Numbered from the stretch's first letter, positions 8,911 to 21,155 are shown. The stretch: 42,264 bases of DNA from an uncultured Candidatus Saccharibacteria bacterium (GCA_964544985.1 CAZJEE010000001.1:14314-56577); one strand, 5' to 3'. Program-made: numbers and translations. The notes: generated from the sequence alone by a model not told the origin.

Positions 8911-10372
8911 GAGGTTTCATTGTTGGAAAAAGGATAACCTCTCTTAAAGAGTGAGAGTCTGTAAAAAGACTAGTTATTCTATCAATCCCCATGCCGAAAC
9001 CTGCAGTAGGAGGCATTCCATACTCCAAGGCATTAATAAAGTCAGTATCCATTCTTTGTGCTTCTTCCATTCCTTCTTCAAAATACTTTTCCTGTTCTTC
9101 AAATATACTTCTTTGTAAGAGTGGATCATTTAGTTCCGAATATGCATTAATAACTTCCCATCCCCCAGCTACAACGAGCTGGAAAGAAGCAAGTTTTGAA
9201 GGATCATCATCAAGTGGTTTTGCGAGAGGCTTAGAATCCGCGGGATGATGGATCACAAACGTTGGTTCCCAAATTTTTGGACGACAATGTTTCTTGTATA
9301 TTTCATCAACAATTTTTGGTTTACTTAAGCTTTTATCAACATTAACGCCCAACTTTAAAGCCTCTTTATAAAGAGCGTCTCGACTTAGATCGTTTATATC
9401 AAGATTTGTATGTTTTTTGACAAGTTCATCGTACTCAACTCTTGGCCAAGGAGATTTAAAGTTAATTTCTTTCCCTTCATAAACAATTACTTCTTGCCCA
9501 AAAACATCACTTAAGAGTGAGGAAAACATTCTTTCAGTTAACTTCATCAACTCCTTGTAATCACTATACGCCCAATAAAATTCAAGCATTGTGAAATCTG
9601 GGTTGTGCATTCTCCCAACCCCTTCGTTACGAAAAACTCTTCCAATTTCATAGACCTTTTCAAATCCTCCGACAATAAGTTTTTTCAAATCAAGCTCCAG
9701 AGAAATTCTCAGGTATGTTTCAAGATCAAAAGCATTGATTTTTGTTTTGAATGGCTTTGCTTCTGCTCCACCATAGATTGTTTGTAAGACTGATGTTTCT
9801 ACCTCAACAAATCCTTCATTATCTAGAAAACTTCTAATTGCTTTAATTATTTTTGCTTTAATTTCAAACTTCTTTCGAACATCTTTGTTAAAAATAAGAT
9901 CTAAGTATCGTTTTCTAAATCTCTCGTCTTCGTCTTTTAATCCATGCCACTTTTCAGGGAGAGGAAGGATGCTCTTAGCAAGCATTTTATAATCCGCAAC
10001 TTTCAATGTTTTTTCTCCTTTTTTAGTGGTAAAAAATATTCCGCGAATTTCAATAAAATCTCCGATATCTATAATTTGTAGAAATAAATCATAAGCGTCT
10101 CTGCCGATTTGTTCTTCAGAAATTAATCCTTGAATTTCTCCCGTACCATCTTCGATAGTAAAAAATGTTAACTTGCCATGCTCGCGAAAAGATCTAACAC
10201 GTCCTGCGAGAATCAACTCTTCCTCTTTTTTAGAAAGAGAATCAAAAATTTTAACTGCATCTAGGATAGGATGAGTTCTACTAGTTTTTCCGGGGTAGGA
10301 AAGAACTCCCATGTTCTTCAATGTTTCAATTTTTTTAATTCTGTTTTGACGAATTTCTTCTTTTCTATTCAT
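8897..10372 (-). CDS. lysS: Lysine--tRNA ligase, class II
   Basis: 491 aa with an N-terminal OB anticodon-binding domain and class II motifs (FRNEG, GGWEVINAYSELNDP, GMGIDRI). Confidence 0.95.
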   Translation of the reverse strand: MNRKEEIRQNRIKKIETLKNMGVLSYPGKTSRTHPILDAVKIFDSLSKKEEELILAGRVRSFREHGKLTFFTIEDGTGEIQGLISEEQIGRDAYDLFLQIIDIGDFIEIRGIFFTTKKGEKTLKVADYKMLAKSILPLPEKWHGLKDEDERFRKRYLDLIFNKDVRKKFEIKAKIIKAIRSFLDNEGFVEVETSVLQTIYGGAEAKPFKTKINAFDLETYLRISLELDLKKLIVGGFEKVYEIGRVFRNEGVGRMHNPDFTMLEFYWAYSDYKELMKLTERMFSSLLSDVFGQEVIVYEGKEINFKSPWPRVEYDELVKKHTNLDINDLSRDALYKEALKLGVNVDKSLSKPKIVDEIYKKHCRPKIWEPTFVIHHPADSKPLAKPLDDDPSKLASFQLVVAGGWEVINAYSELNDPLLQRSIFEEQEKYFEEGMEEAQRMDTDFINALEYGMPPTAGFGMGIDRITSLFTDSHSLREVILFPTMKPRDKE

Positions 10373-10374
10373 TT

Positions 10375-10830
10375 TTAAAAAATTTTTAATATTTTAAACT
10401 TCTTTTCTCCAGATGGAGTCCGTACAATACAAAGATCTCCCTTCTTTTTACCTAAAAAAGATTTTCCCATTGGAGAGTCACACGAAATTTTACCAAAAAA
10501 AGGATCTGAATCTGTGCCACCGACAATTTCAATTATGCTTTTTTTCCCACCATTCTCAACTTTAATCTTCATTCCTATCTGAACAACGTCTTTAACATCG
10601 CTTGATTCAAAAATCGTTGCTTCTTTAATAGTTTCTCTTAGTTTAGAAATTTTAATTTCTAAGATATTCTGTTCATTTTTCGCATCATCGTAAGCCGAAT
10701 TTTCACTTAAATCTCCAAAAGAAGCAGCAAATTTTAATTGATTAGCAACTTCTTTTCTTTTTTCTTTTTCGAGATATGAAAGCTCTTTTTTTAATTTTTC
10801 AATCCCCTCTTTTGTAAAATATTTTTTCAT
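10375..10830 (-). CDS. greA: Transcription elongation factor GreA
   Basis: The ORF track begins at a GTG at 10860. I prefer the ATG at 10830 (MKKYFTKEGIEKLKKELSYLE...), which matches the usual GreA N-terminus. The protein has a coiled-coil followed by a C-terminal FKBP-like domain. Confidence 0.85.
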   Translation of the reverse strand: MKKYFTKEGIEKLKKELSYLEKEKRKEVANQLKFAASFGDLSENSAYDDAKNEQNILEIKISKLRETIKEATIFESSDVKDVVQIGMKIKVENGGKKSIIEIVGGTDSDPFFGKISCDSPMGKSFLGKKKGDLCIVRTPSGEKKFKILKIF

Positions 10831-10852
10831 GTTTTTAGGTAAAATAATGCTA

Positions 10853-12775
10853 CTATTCACTTTTTTTCGACAAAAAATACTCTATTAGTATATCACGAGC
10901 AAGATGTGTTGCAACAGGTGTAACTCCTCTGACTTCTTCAATAATAACAGTAATTGCAATTTCTGGATTATCGTAGGGAGCAAAAGCAGAAACCCAGTTG
11001 TGGTAAATTCCTGTTTTTGATGTTTGGGCGGTTCCCGTCTTGGCACCAGAATCAACTGGTAGTGTTTGTAAAGAACGGGCGGTACCAATAATTGTTGTCT
11101 GTTTCATTCCTTCCTTCACAACATTTAAGTTCTCCGACGATATAAATCCTTCTCTTATGACCTTGGGGCTTCTTTTTTCTGTAACATTTCCTTCGTCGTC
11201 AATAATTTCTTTAATGATATGGGGGGTAAGAACTTTTCCTCCATTTATTAATGTTGCAAATGATACAGCAACTTGTAAGGGGGTTGTTGAAAGATATCCT
11301 TGTCCAATTGATAAATTATACGTATCACCAATACGCCATAGATCGTTCAATGAGCTTCTTTTCCACTCAGGGAAAGGAATAAATCCTGTTTTTTCTCCAA
11401 AAAGATCGACTCCTGTTTTTTCACCCCATCCGAAAAGAGAAAGATAGTGTCTTATTTTTTCTACTCCTAATCCTTTTTGGTCTTCATACCCTCCGCCAAT
11501 TGCATAAAAATAGACATTACTAGAAACAGCGATCGCCTCCCTCATATCCCTCCAACCATGGGCTTGAAAATCACGAAAGATTGTAGGTTCCGAAGGGTTC
11601 CACGGATTCGGAATTGATATATATCCAGGGCTATGTATTCTTTTTTCTGGAGTTATAATTCCCTCTTCAAGTGCTGCTGCTGCGAGAAGCGGCTTAATAA
11701 CAGATCCTGTTGGATAACCCGCGGAAATAACCCGATTAATAAAGAGTCCATCTTCATTTTGGAAAAGGTCCGTAAAAATATCCTGACTGGTATTCTTTTG
11801 AAACAAATTGTTATCATAAGTAGGAATGCTTGCTAGTGATAAAATTTCCCCTGTATTTGGATTTAAGATAACAACAGAAGCCTTTCTTGATCCGATTTCT
11901 TCAAGTTTTGCTTTGGTCTTTTCAACAACAATTTTTTGTAATTCTGCGTCAATCGTTAAAACAATATTTTCACCACCATGCGCCAAATCAACAACTTCTT
12001 CAGAAATAATATTACCCGCTGCGTCACGTTCTGTTTTAATTTTTTCTCCAACTCGAGTTAAGTAATTTTCACAGTATTTTTCAATCCCCATTTTCCCAAC
12101 ATAATCATGAATTGTGTACTTCTCTGGATTTTCACGTAAAGTTCCTCTGTCTATTTTACCAATGTAACCGATGATATGCGAAAATATTTCTCCATCTTTA
12201 TAATCTCTACCGGTTGTGCTCGCAATATTAAACCCGGTTAAGTTATCAATTCTTGCCTCCAATTGAACAAGTTCTTCGTGAGTCAAATCTTTCTTAATGG
12301 TAATAATTGATGAGGTATTTTTATTAATTGCAGAAATAATCTCTTCGTCCGTTTTTCCAATTATTTGAGCAACGTTTCTAAAAACATCCTCTTTCACAGC
12401 TGATATTTTTCTTTTATTAAAATAGAGGTTGTATTGAGGGGCATTATAAACTAGTTGATTGTAATTTCGATCGTAAATAATACCTCGTGATGTTTGTATC
12501 GTGGAAATTGAAAGAATATTTTTTGTTGCTAAATTAGAAAAATGATCTCCCTCAACAAATTGAATTTGAAAACTTTTCCCAAGTAAAATCAAAAAAAGGA
12601 AAAAAACAACGAAAGAGAAAGTTTTTAGGGCAATGTTTGGAAGAGAAACCTCCAATCTCCTTTTCGATGTTCCAAACTCTTCTTCCTTCTTTTGAGCTAA
12701 ATTATCAAGAAATATTTCATGTGGCTCAATTTCTTTTAATCTTGTCTTTCTACGTGAAGACGGGAATCCTAACAT
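10853..12775 (-). CDS. mrdA: Penicillin-binding protein 2 (elongasome transpeptidase)
   Basis: 640 aa with an N-terminal TM anchor and transpeptidase motifs SxxK (GSVIKP), SxN (SSNVYF) and KTG (AKTGTA). It lies downstream of mreCD. Confidence 0.9.
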   Translation of the reverse strand: MLGFPSSRRKTRLKEIEPHEIFLDNLAQKKEEEFGTSKRRLEVSLPNIALKTFSFVVFFLFLILLGKSFQIQFVEGDHFSNLATKNILSISTIQTSRGIIYDRNYNQLVYNAPQYNLYFNKRKISAVKEDVFRNVAQIIGKTDEEIISAINKNTSSIITIKKDLTHEELVQLEARIDNLTGFNIASTTGRDYKDGEIFSHIIGYIGKIDRGTLRENPEKYTIHDYVGKMGIEKYCENYLTRVGEKIKTERDAAGNIISEEVVDLAHGGENIVLTIDAELQKIVVEKTKAKLEEIGSRKASVVILNPNTGEILSLASIPTYDNNLFQKNTSQDIFTDLFQNEDGLFINRVISAGYPTGSVIKPLLAAAALEEGIITPEKRIHSPGYISIPNPWNPSEPTIFRDFQAHGWRDMREAIAVSSNVYFYAIGGGYEDQKGLGVEKIRHYLSLFGWGEKTGVDLFGEKTGFIPFPEWKRSSLNDLWRIGDTYNLSIGQGYLSTTPLQVAVSFATLINGGKVLTPHIIKEIIDDEGNVTEKRSPKVIREGFISSENLNVVKEGMKQTTIIGTARSLQTLPVDSGAKTGTAQTSKTGIYHNWVSAFAPYDNPEIAITVIIEEVRGVTPVATHLARDILIEYFLSKKSE

Positions 12776-13061
12776 ATTTTTTTAAAGTTACTTTCACAAA
12801 ATAAGCTAAAAAGAAAAATAATAAAGTATAAACTCCAACCGGCATTGCTGAACTTAAAATATCAGAAACAAATCCCAAAAAAACAGCTAAAAAAAATCCT
12901 CCTATTTTTTCATTTTCTTCTATCATATTATAAAGCAAGAGAAAAAATAAAAGAAAAAATAAAGGAGAGATTAAAAGTGGAGAATAAAAGAAAAAACCAC
13001 TAAAGAGACTCACTAAAAAAAGTGAAAAAAAGAAAATTAATAAAAAATTTAGCACTTTCAT
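12750..13061 (-). CDS. mreD: Rod shape-determining protein MreD-like (short, 103 aa)
   Basis: Polytopic hydrophobic ORF with the MreD-like segment GFVSDILSSAMPVGVYTLLF. It lies between mreC and PBP2 and overlaps both. Confidence 0.55.
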   Translation of the reverse strand: MKVLNFLLIFFFSLFLVSLFSGFFFYSPLLISPLFFLLFFLLLYNMIEENEKIGGFFLAVFLGFVSDILSSAMPVGVYTLLFFFLAYFVKVTLKKYVRIPVFT

Positions 13062-13846
13062 TAATAAACCACAAATAAATGAGTAAGATAACGATAGTCA
13101 ATTCCCTGCCAAACTTTAGCTCGCTTGAACACTTCTATATCTGTTTCTTCTATTTCAAAAATTCTTCCAACATAAAATTCTTTCTTTATTCCTTTGTTAT
13201 CTGGTACGGCGACAACAAAATCCCCAAAATATAAAGATTTGTTTTTAGGAAGAAGATCAATTTGAAGTTCTTTCTCTCCACTCCCTTTTAAAACTCCAAT
13301 TGGAAAATCTTCGTTTTGAATTTTTACTTCAAGAGCAGTATTTGAGCTTGTAATTAGTCTGATACTTGCAAAACCATTTGCGTATTTCTTTTCAACTATG
13401 CCAATCAAGATTCCTTCAGGAGTAATAACCGGCAATCCGACATCCACGTCCTTGTCGTGCCTTATAATAATTTCGTGATTTAAAATATCCCTTCCAATAA
13501 CTTGTGAAAAAATAAGATTTTCTTTTTCAATTAAATTAATCTCCAAAATATCTCGCAACGCCTTGTTCTCTTCTTTGAGGGAAAGCATCGAAGAAAGTTT
13601 CGAATTAAGATCAATATTTTCTTTCTTCAGCTTTTCTATTTCGCTACTAATTTTTTCTGCATCTTTAAGAGCTTCAGAAAATTTAAAAAAATTATTTCCT
13701 TTTTCTAAGAAAAAGCTTTGTATCGGAGAAATCAATAACAAAGAACGTCCTCTTATAGTATCAGAAATCGATGTAAAAATGTTTAGTAAAACAAAAAAAC
13801 ATAAAAGAACAACAATCCAGATAAAAAAATTTCTCTTCTTACGCAT
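13061..13846 (-). CDS. mreC: Rod shape-determining protein MreC
   Basis: 261 aa with an N-terminal TM helix, a coiled-coil (ISSEIEKLKKENIDLNSKL...LKEENKALRD) and a beta-rich C-terminal domain (GLPVITPEGILIGIV). Confidence 0.85.
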   Translation of the reverse strand: MRKKRNFFIWIVVLLCFFVLLNIFTSISDTIRGRSLLLISPIQSFFLEKGNNFFKFSEALKDAEKISSEIEKLKKENIDLNSKLSSMLSLKEENKALRDILEINLIEKENLIFSQVIGRDILNHEIIIRHDKDVDVGLPVITPEGILIGIVEKKYANGFASIRLITSSNTALEVKIQNEDFPIGVLKGSGEKELQIDLLPKNKSLYFGDFVVAVPDNKGIKKEFYVGRIFEIEETDIEVFKRAKVWQGIDYRYLTHLFVVY

Positions 13847-13913
13847 TATTTTGTTATATCAAACCTTTTATGTTTTGTCTACTATTTCGCTAAAATAAAA
13901 AATCGGAGACAAA

Positions 13914-14025
13914 TTACGGGGGCTACCTACTTTCGCGGTAAACCACTATCATCGGCCTTAGGATATTTCACTTCTGTGTTCGGAATGGGAACAGGTGGAG
14001 CAATCCCAGTATAACCCCCATAATT
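13914..14025 (-). rRNA. rrf: 5S rRNA
   Basis: The reverse complement contains CCACCUGUUCCCAUUCCGAACACAGAAGUGAAA and GAUGAUAGUGG...CGCGAAAGUAGGUAGCCCCCGUAAUU. The 5' AAUUAUGGGGG pairs with the 3' CCCCCGUAAUU as helix I. It lies 32 nt downstream of 23S. Confidence 0.9.
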
Positions 14026-14057
14026 TATCTCCAATTTTTAAAATAATAATCATTAAC

Positions 14058-16982
<2,925 letters not shown>

Positions 16983-16999
16983 TTGATGATTACTATTTA

Positions 17000-17036
17000 T
17001 TTTTCTTACTTTTTATGGCTCACCAAGTAAGAAAAA
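17000..17036 (-). other. 12-bp leader hairpin about 18 nt upstream of the mature 23S 5' end
   Basis: Plus TTTTTCTTACTT (17000-17011) is complementary to AAGTAAGAAAAA (17025-17036), with a 13-nt loop. Confidence 0.4.
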
Positions 17037-17117
17037 TTATTCAGTTGTTTAGTGTTCGTTGCGATTTTCAACAACCGCATGCTACAAATAATTTCTGAAG
17101 CATATTGTCGTTAAACT

Positions 17118-17136
17118 CTCTTAGAAAAAAAGAACC
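17118..17136 (-). promoter_or_regulatory. boxA-like element in the 23S leader
   Basis: The minus strand reads GGTTCTTTTTTTCTAAGAG. It shares GTTCTTTT with the 16S leader element and resembles the Gram-positive rrn boxA TGTTCTTTGAAAA. Confidence 0.3.
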
Positions 17137-17225
17137 GCTCACGGCGAGCAGATAGAATCTACTTTCATCCGTTTTGCCTTTTATCTGTATTTATTATTAG
17201 TCATTAATTCACTTAAACTACGTGC

Positions 17226-17253
17226 ATTTTAGCAAAAGAAAAAAAGATGTCAA
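17226..17253 (-). promoter_or_regulatory. Putative promoter of the 23S-5S unit
   Basis: Minus strand TTGACA (17248-17253), a 16-nt spacer, then TAAAAT (17226-17231). It lies about 240 nt upstream of the 23S 5' end and directly after the terminator of the preceding gene. Confidence 0.6.
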
Positions 17254-17265
17254 GTATGAAACACA

Positions 17266-17288
17266 AAAGAGGAGAAAAGCTCCTCTTT
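17266..17288 (-). terminator. Intrinsic terminator of the membrane-protein gene
   Basis: The minus strand reads AAAGAGGAG-CUUUU-CUCCUCUUU followed by UGUGUUU. It starts 24 nt after the stop codon at 17312. Confidence 0.7.
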
Positions 17289-17311
17289 TGTTTTCTATGG
17301 TGAAGATAAAT

Positions 17312-17983
17312 TTACTTAATCTTCTTCTTCATTTTTTCAATGAATTTCGCTGCGGCATCTTTTCCTCCAAGACCAAAAGAAAGTCCACCAGCAAGAACGA
17401 AAAAGTAAATTAGTCCTTGAAATGCAGTAAGCAAAAGTTCACGAGCAATACCAAGTTGTATCAGAATTGCAAAAGATGCAAATACCCAAATAGCAACTTT
17501 AACCATTGCTCCCGCAGTTAACGAATAAGGAAAGTCTGATCTCTCGGTAGTAGCAATTACAAGCTTTGCCAAAAAATCACCAATCATAACCGCAACAACG
17601 AAAATTAAAGTTGCTACAATTACGTTTGGAAGATATGCAACAACATCAGTCATAAAGTGTGCAAACTGACTAAGCCCCAAAATTCCTACTGTCATCCAAA
17701 TAACAATAATAAAAATCACCCATTTCATAACATTTCCTAAAAATTCAGAAGGGTTGATTTTTATCTCGGCTTTTTGAATCGCTTTTTCCCACTTTTCGCC
17801 TTCAAAAAATTCATTGAATTTCAGACGATAAAGAAGTCCGGAAATAATTTTTCCAGAAGCAATTGCAATAAACCAACCAACGATAAAAACAAAAAGAGCT
17901 GCAACTAAACCAGGAAGGAAAAGCATAAAGTTCTCCCAAAAGGTTTCAAACACTCTCCCCATAACATCATACCAATTTGTCAT
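17312..17983 (-). CDS. Membrane protein with 'conserved TM helix' repeats (resembles the MscS-family N-terminal region)
   Basis: 223 aa with about 5-6 TM helices and repeated segments of the type LPGLVAALFVFIVGWFIAIASGKII / LPNVIVATLIFVVAVMIGDFLAKLV. It has its own promoter and terminator. Confidence 0.55.
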   Translation of the reverse strand: MTNWYDVMGRVFETFWENFMLFLPGLVAALFVFIVGWFIAIASGKIISGLLYRLKFNEFFEGEKWEKAIQKAEIKINPSEFLGNVMKWVIFIIVIWMTVGILGLSQFAHFMTDVVAYLPNVIVATLIFVVAVMIGDFLAKLVIATTERSDFPYSLTAGAMVKVAIWVFASFAILIQLGIARELLLTAFQGLIYFFVLAGGLSFGLGGKDAAAKFIEKMKKKIK

Positions 17984-18048
17984 GGTTTTTATAAATTAAA
18001 TAATAATTAATAATATTTGTGTCCGACCTTTAGTATTATCTTGTTTTT

Positions 18049-18076
18049 ATTGTAATAGATTTGAAATATATGTAAA
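18049..18076 (-). promoter_or_regulatory. Putative promoter of the 17312-17983 gene
   Basis: Minus strand TTTACA (18071-18076), a 16-nt spacer, then TACAAT (18049-18054). Confidence 0.45.
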
Positions 18077-18108
18077 GAGCAAAGCTCGGTAAATACTTTT
18101 TTTAGGTT

Positions 18109-18135
18109 ATAAAAAAGAGCATCTTTACGATGCTC
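18109..18135 (-). terminator. Intrinsic terminator of the orphan 18.1-18.4 kb unit
   Basis: The minus strand reads GAGCAUC-GUAAA-GAUGCUC (18135-18117) followed by UUUUUU (18116-18111). Confidence 0.7.
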
Positions 18136-18158
18136 TTTCAACCCATATTTTTCTCCCA

Positions 18159-18329
18159 CTATTTTTTTAAAAAGTGGGAAAAAGTTTTTAACAATCCATT
18201 CCCTATCACAAAAAATAGTGAAAGAAAAAAGATTGCAACTGGTATCGCCAGTGTTACCTGCGCATACAGGTATGGCGACACCTTCCATGCCTGATGTAGC
18301 TCCATCAGGACTCCAAAAAAATCAACCAT
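18159..18329 (-). CDS. Possible small membrane protein (56 aa), below the ORF-track cutoff
   Basis: Hand translation gives MVDFFGVLMELHQAWKVSPYLYAQVTLAIPVAIFFLSLFFVIGNGLLKTFSHFLKK, from ATG at 18329 to TAG at 18159. It has one predicted TM helix. AAAGGAG lies 10 nt upstream (18340-18346). Its G/C-ending codons (CTG x3, GCG x2, CAG x2, TCG) look atypical next to neighbouring genes. Confidence 0.3.
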   Translation of the reverse strand: MVDFFGVLMELHQAWKVSPYLYAQVTLAIPVAIFFLSLFFVIGNGLLKTFSHFLKK

Positions 18330-18379
18330 TTCTCCCCGACTCCTTTCATTCTTTTTTCTATATAAAGAACTATGACTAT

Positions 18380-18408
18380 ATTATAACTTATTTATTTTTC
18401 TTTGTCAA
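18380..18408 (-). promoter_or_regulatory. Perfect consensus sigma-70 promoter (TTGACA-N17-TATAAT)
   Basis: Minus strand TTGACA (18403-18408), the 17-nt spacer AAGAAAAATAAATAAGT, then TATAAT (18380-18385). Confidence 0.7.
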
Positions 18409-18450
18409 TGGATAGAAAAACAGGAAATTAAATGTTAAGATACATGCATT

Positions 18451-19263
18451 ATGAAAAAAAATATTGGTGTTTTCGATTCTGGCTTTGGTGGAATAAGTAC
18501 ACTCCGCGGAATCGTTAAAGAGCTTCCAGAATATAATTATATTTATCTGGGAGACAGTGCACGTACTCCCTACGGAACCCGTTCTCAAGAAACTATCCTT
18601 CGGTTCTCACAAGAAGCGGTTAATTTTCTAATCAAGAAAAATTGTGATTTGATAATTTTTGCTTGTAACACTGCTTCAAGCAAAGCATTGCGCAAAATTC
18701 AAAGAAACTACATCAATAAACTACATCCAGAAAAAAGAGTTCTCGGAGTTCTAATGCCCGCAGTCGAAGAAGCTGCAGAAAAAACCAAAAACAAGAGAGT
18801 CGGAGTTATTGCTACCGAGGGAAGTGTCAAATCTATGTCTTTTAAAAAAGAACTTAAATTAATTGATAAAGAGATAAAAGTTTTTCAACAGGCCACTCCC
18901 CTTCTTGTCCCTCTTGTAGAATATGGAGAACATAGATCAAAAATAACAGATCTTATTTTAAAAAAATATTTGAAAAATTTACTTAAGAAAAATATCGATA
19001 CTTTAATTCTTGGTTGTACGCATTATGGAATATTAGAGAAAAAAATAAGGAAAATAATCGGACCAAAAATTATAATTATTTCTGATAAAAAAGTAGTTCC
19101 CAAAAAATTGAAAAGTTATCTTTTGCGACATACTGAAATAGAATCTAATTTAAAAAAGAATGGTGTTGTAAAGTTCTATACAACCGACTCAACGGAAAAA
19201 TTTACTCTTCTTGGCAGTAAGTTCTTTGGAGAAAAAATAAAGGTTAAAAAAACCTCATTATAA
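18451..19263 (+). CDS. murI: Glutamate racemase
   Basis: 270 aa with FDSGFGG near the N-terminus and the two catalytic-Cys contexts FACNTAS and LGCTHY. Confidence 0.9.
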   Translation: MKKNIGVFDSGFGGISTLRGIVKELPEYNYIYLGDSARTPYGTRSQETILRFSQEAVNFLIKKNCDLIIFACNTASSKALRKIQRNYINKLHPEKRVLGVLMPAVEEAAEKTKNKRVGVIATEGSVKSMSFKKELKLIDKEIKVFQQATPLLVPLVEYGEHRSKITDLILKKYLKNLLKKNIDTLILGCTHYGILEKKIRKIIGPKIIIISDKKVVPKKLKSYLLRHTEIESNLKKNGVVKFYTTDSTEKFTLLGSKFFGEKIKVKKTSL

Positions 19264-19274
19264 GAAATGAGGTT
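19251..19274. terminator. Bidirectional terminator hairpin between murI (+) and tRNA-Ala (-)
   Basis: AACCTCATT-ATAAGA-AATGAGGTT. On the minus strand it is followed by UUUUUUAACC, so it is strong there. On the plus strand it overlaps the murI stop codon and is followed by UUAGAC, so it is weaker. Confidence 0.65.
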
Positions 19275-19283
19275 TTAGACGAG

Positions 19284-19357
19284 TGGACCCTACCGGATTC
19301 GAACCGGTGACCTCCGCTTTGCAAAAGCGGCGCTCTAGCCAACTGAGCCAAGGGCCC
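19284..19357 (-). tRNA. tRNA-Ala (anticodon UGC)
   Basis: The reverse complement is GGGCCCTTGGCTCAGTTGGCTAGAGCGCCGCTTTTGCAAAGCGGAGGTCACCGGTTCGAATCCGGTAGGGTCCA. It has the G3:U70 identity pair and anticodon loop UU-UGC-AA. Confidence 0.92.
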
Positions 19358-19371
19358 ATAATTTAAAACTA

Positions 19372-19448
19372 TGGTGGGCGTGCCAGGACTCGAACCTGGG
19401 ACCTCGTCATTATCAGTGACGCGCTCTAACCAGCTGAGCTACACGCCC
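19372..19448 (-). tRNA. tRNA-Ile (anticodon GAU), CCA encoded
   Basis: The reverse complement is GGGCGTGTAGCTCAGCTGGTTAGAGCGCGTCACTGATAATGACGAGGTCCCAGGTTCGAGTCCTGGCACGCCCACCA. Confidence 0.92.
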
Positions 19449-19500
19449 TTTTTGCAATTAACTAGGAAAAATATAACAGATTTCATTATTTTTTCAACCC

Positions 19501-19532
19501 TAACAAAAAAGCGGATTAATAAATATCCGCTT
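19501..19532 (-). terminator. Terminator-like hairpin between 16S and tRNA-Ile
   Basis: The minus strand reads AAGCGGAU-AUUUAUUA-AUCCGCUU (8 bp), followed by UUUUGUUA. Confidence 0.4.
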
Positions 19533-19549
19533 GTTTGTTTATCCTATTA

Positions 19550-19576
19550 GAATCAGTCTCTTAAAGTTGCTCTGAA
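19550..19576 (-). repeat. 3' arm of the 16S precursor processing stem
   Basis: It is complementary to 21184-21210, giving 27 bp with G.U pairs. This geometry is typical of an RNase III stem enclosing 16S. Confidence 0.6.
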
Positions 19577-19661
19577 AAGACCCAAATTTGTCAGCACCTG
19601 GGTCATGGGTGCTTTGAAGTTAAAACCCGAATTCCAGACTTTAACTTCAGTCGACACTCAA

Positions 19662-21155
<1,494 letters not shown>

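Larger units (their letters stand above)
18109..18373 (-). ncRNA. Candidate structured RNA of unknown class (alternative reading: mRNA for a 56-aa membrane peptide)
   Basis: It is bounded by a perfect consensus promoter and an intrinsic terminator. It contains a 69-nt patch (18241-18309), about 54% GC by my count over 18241-18310 (38 of 70), in an AT-rich genome. The patch forms two perfect hairpins. One is a 7-bp hairpin, CCUGAUG/CAUCAGG. The other is a 10+5-bp hairpin, GGUGUCGCCA-U-ACCUG-UAUGCG-CAGGU-AACAC-UGGCGAUACC. Confidence 0.4.

Noticed and set aside
10831-10860. GTG start for greA at 10860, which would give an 8-nt overlap with PBP2
   Set aside because: The N-terminal extension MNSSIILPKN is not GreA-like. 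The ATG at 10830 gives the canonical GreA N-terminus. Either start remains possible without experimental data.
18007-18288. 93-aa minus-strand ORF (MEGVAIPVCAGNTG...)
   Set aside because: Its ATG lies inside the GC-rich hairpin. The frame runs straight through the intrinsic terminator (18117-18135) and through the promoter of the next gene. The sequence is low-complexity. The + strand ORFs 18218..18415 and 18388..18588 are likewise antisense or promoter-region artefacts.
18109-18373. Resemblance of the orphan RNA to known families: SRP RNA (UCAGG...GGAAGG), TPP riboswitch (CCUGAU...GGAAGG), RNase P CR-I (GAAAGGAGUCGGGG) and the fluoride riboswitch (GAUGGAG)
   Set aside because: - SRP RNA: the GGAA is not closed by a helix-8-like stem.
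- TPP riboswitch: there is no CUGAGA element.
- RNase P: there is no ACAGAA or other conserved-region (CR) block, and the element is too short.
- Fluoride riboswitch: the crcB consensus is otherwise absent.
- Riboswitch role in general: the downstream gene has its own promoter after the terminator, so a role as a riboswitch for it is unlikely.

Only short chance matches remain.
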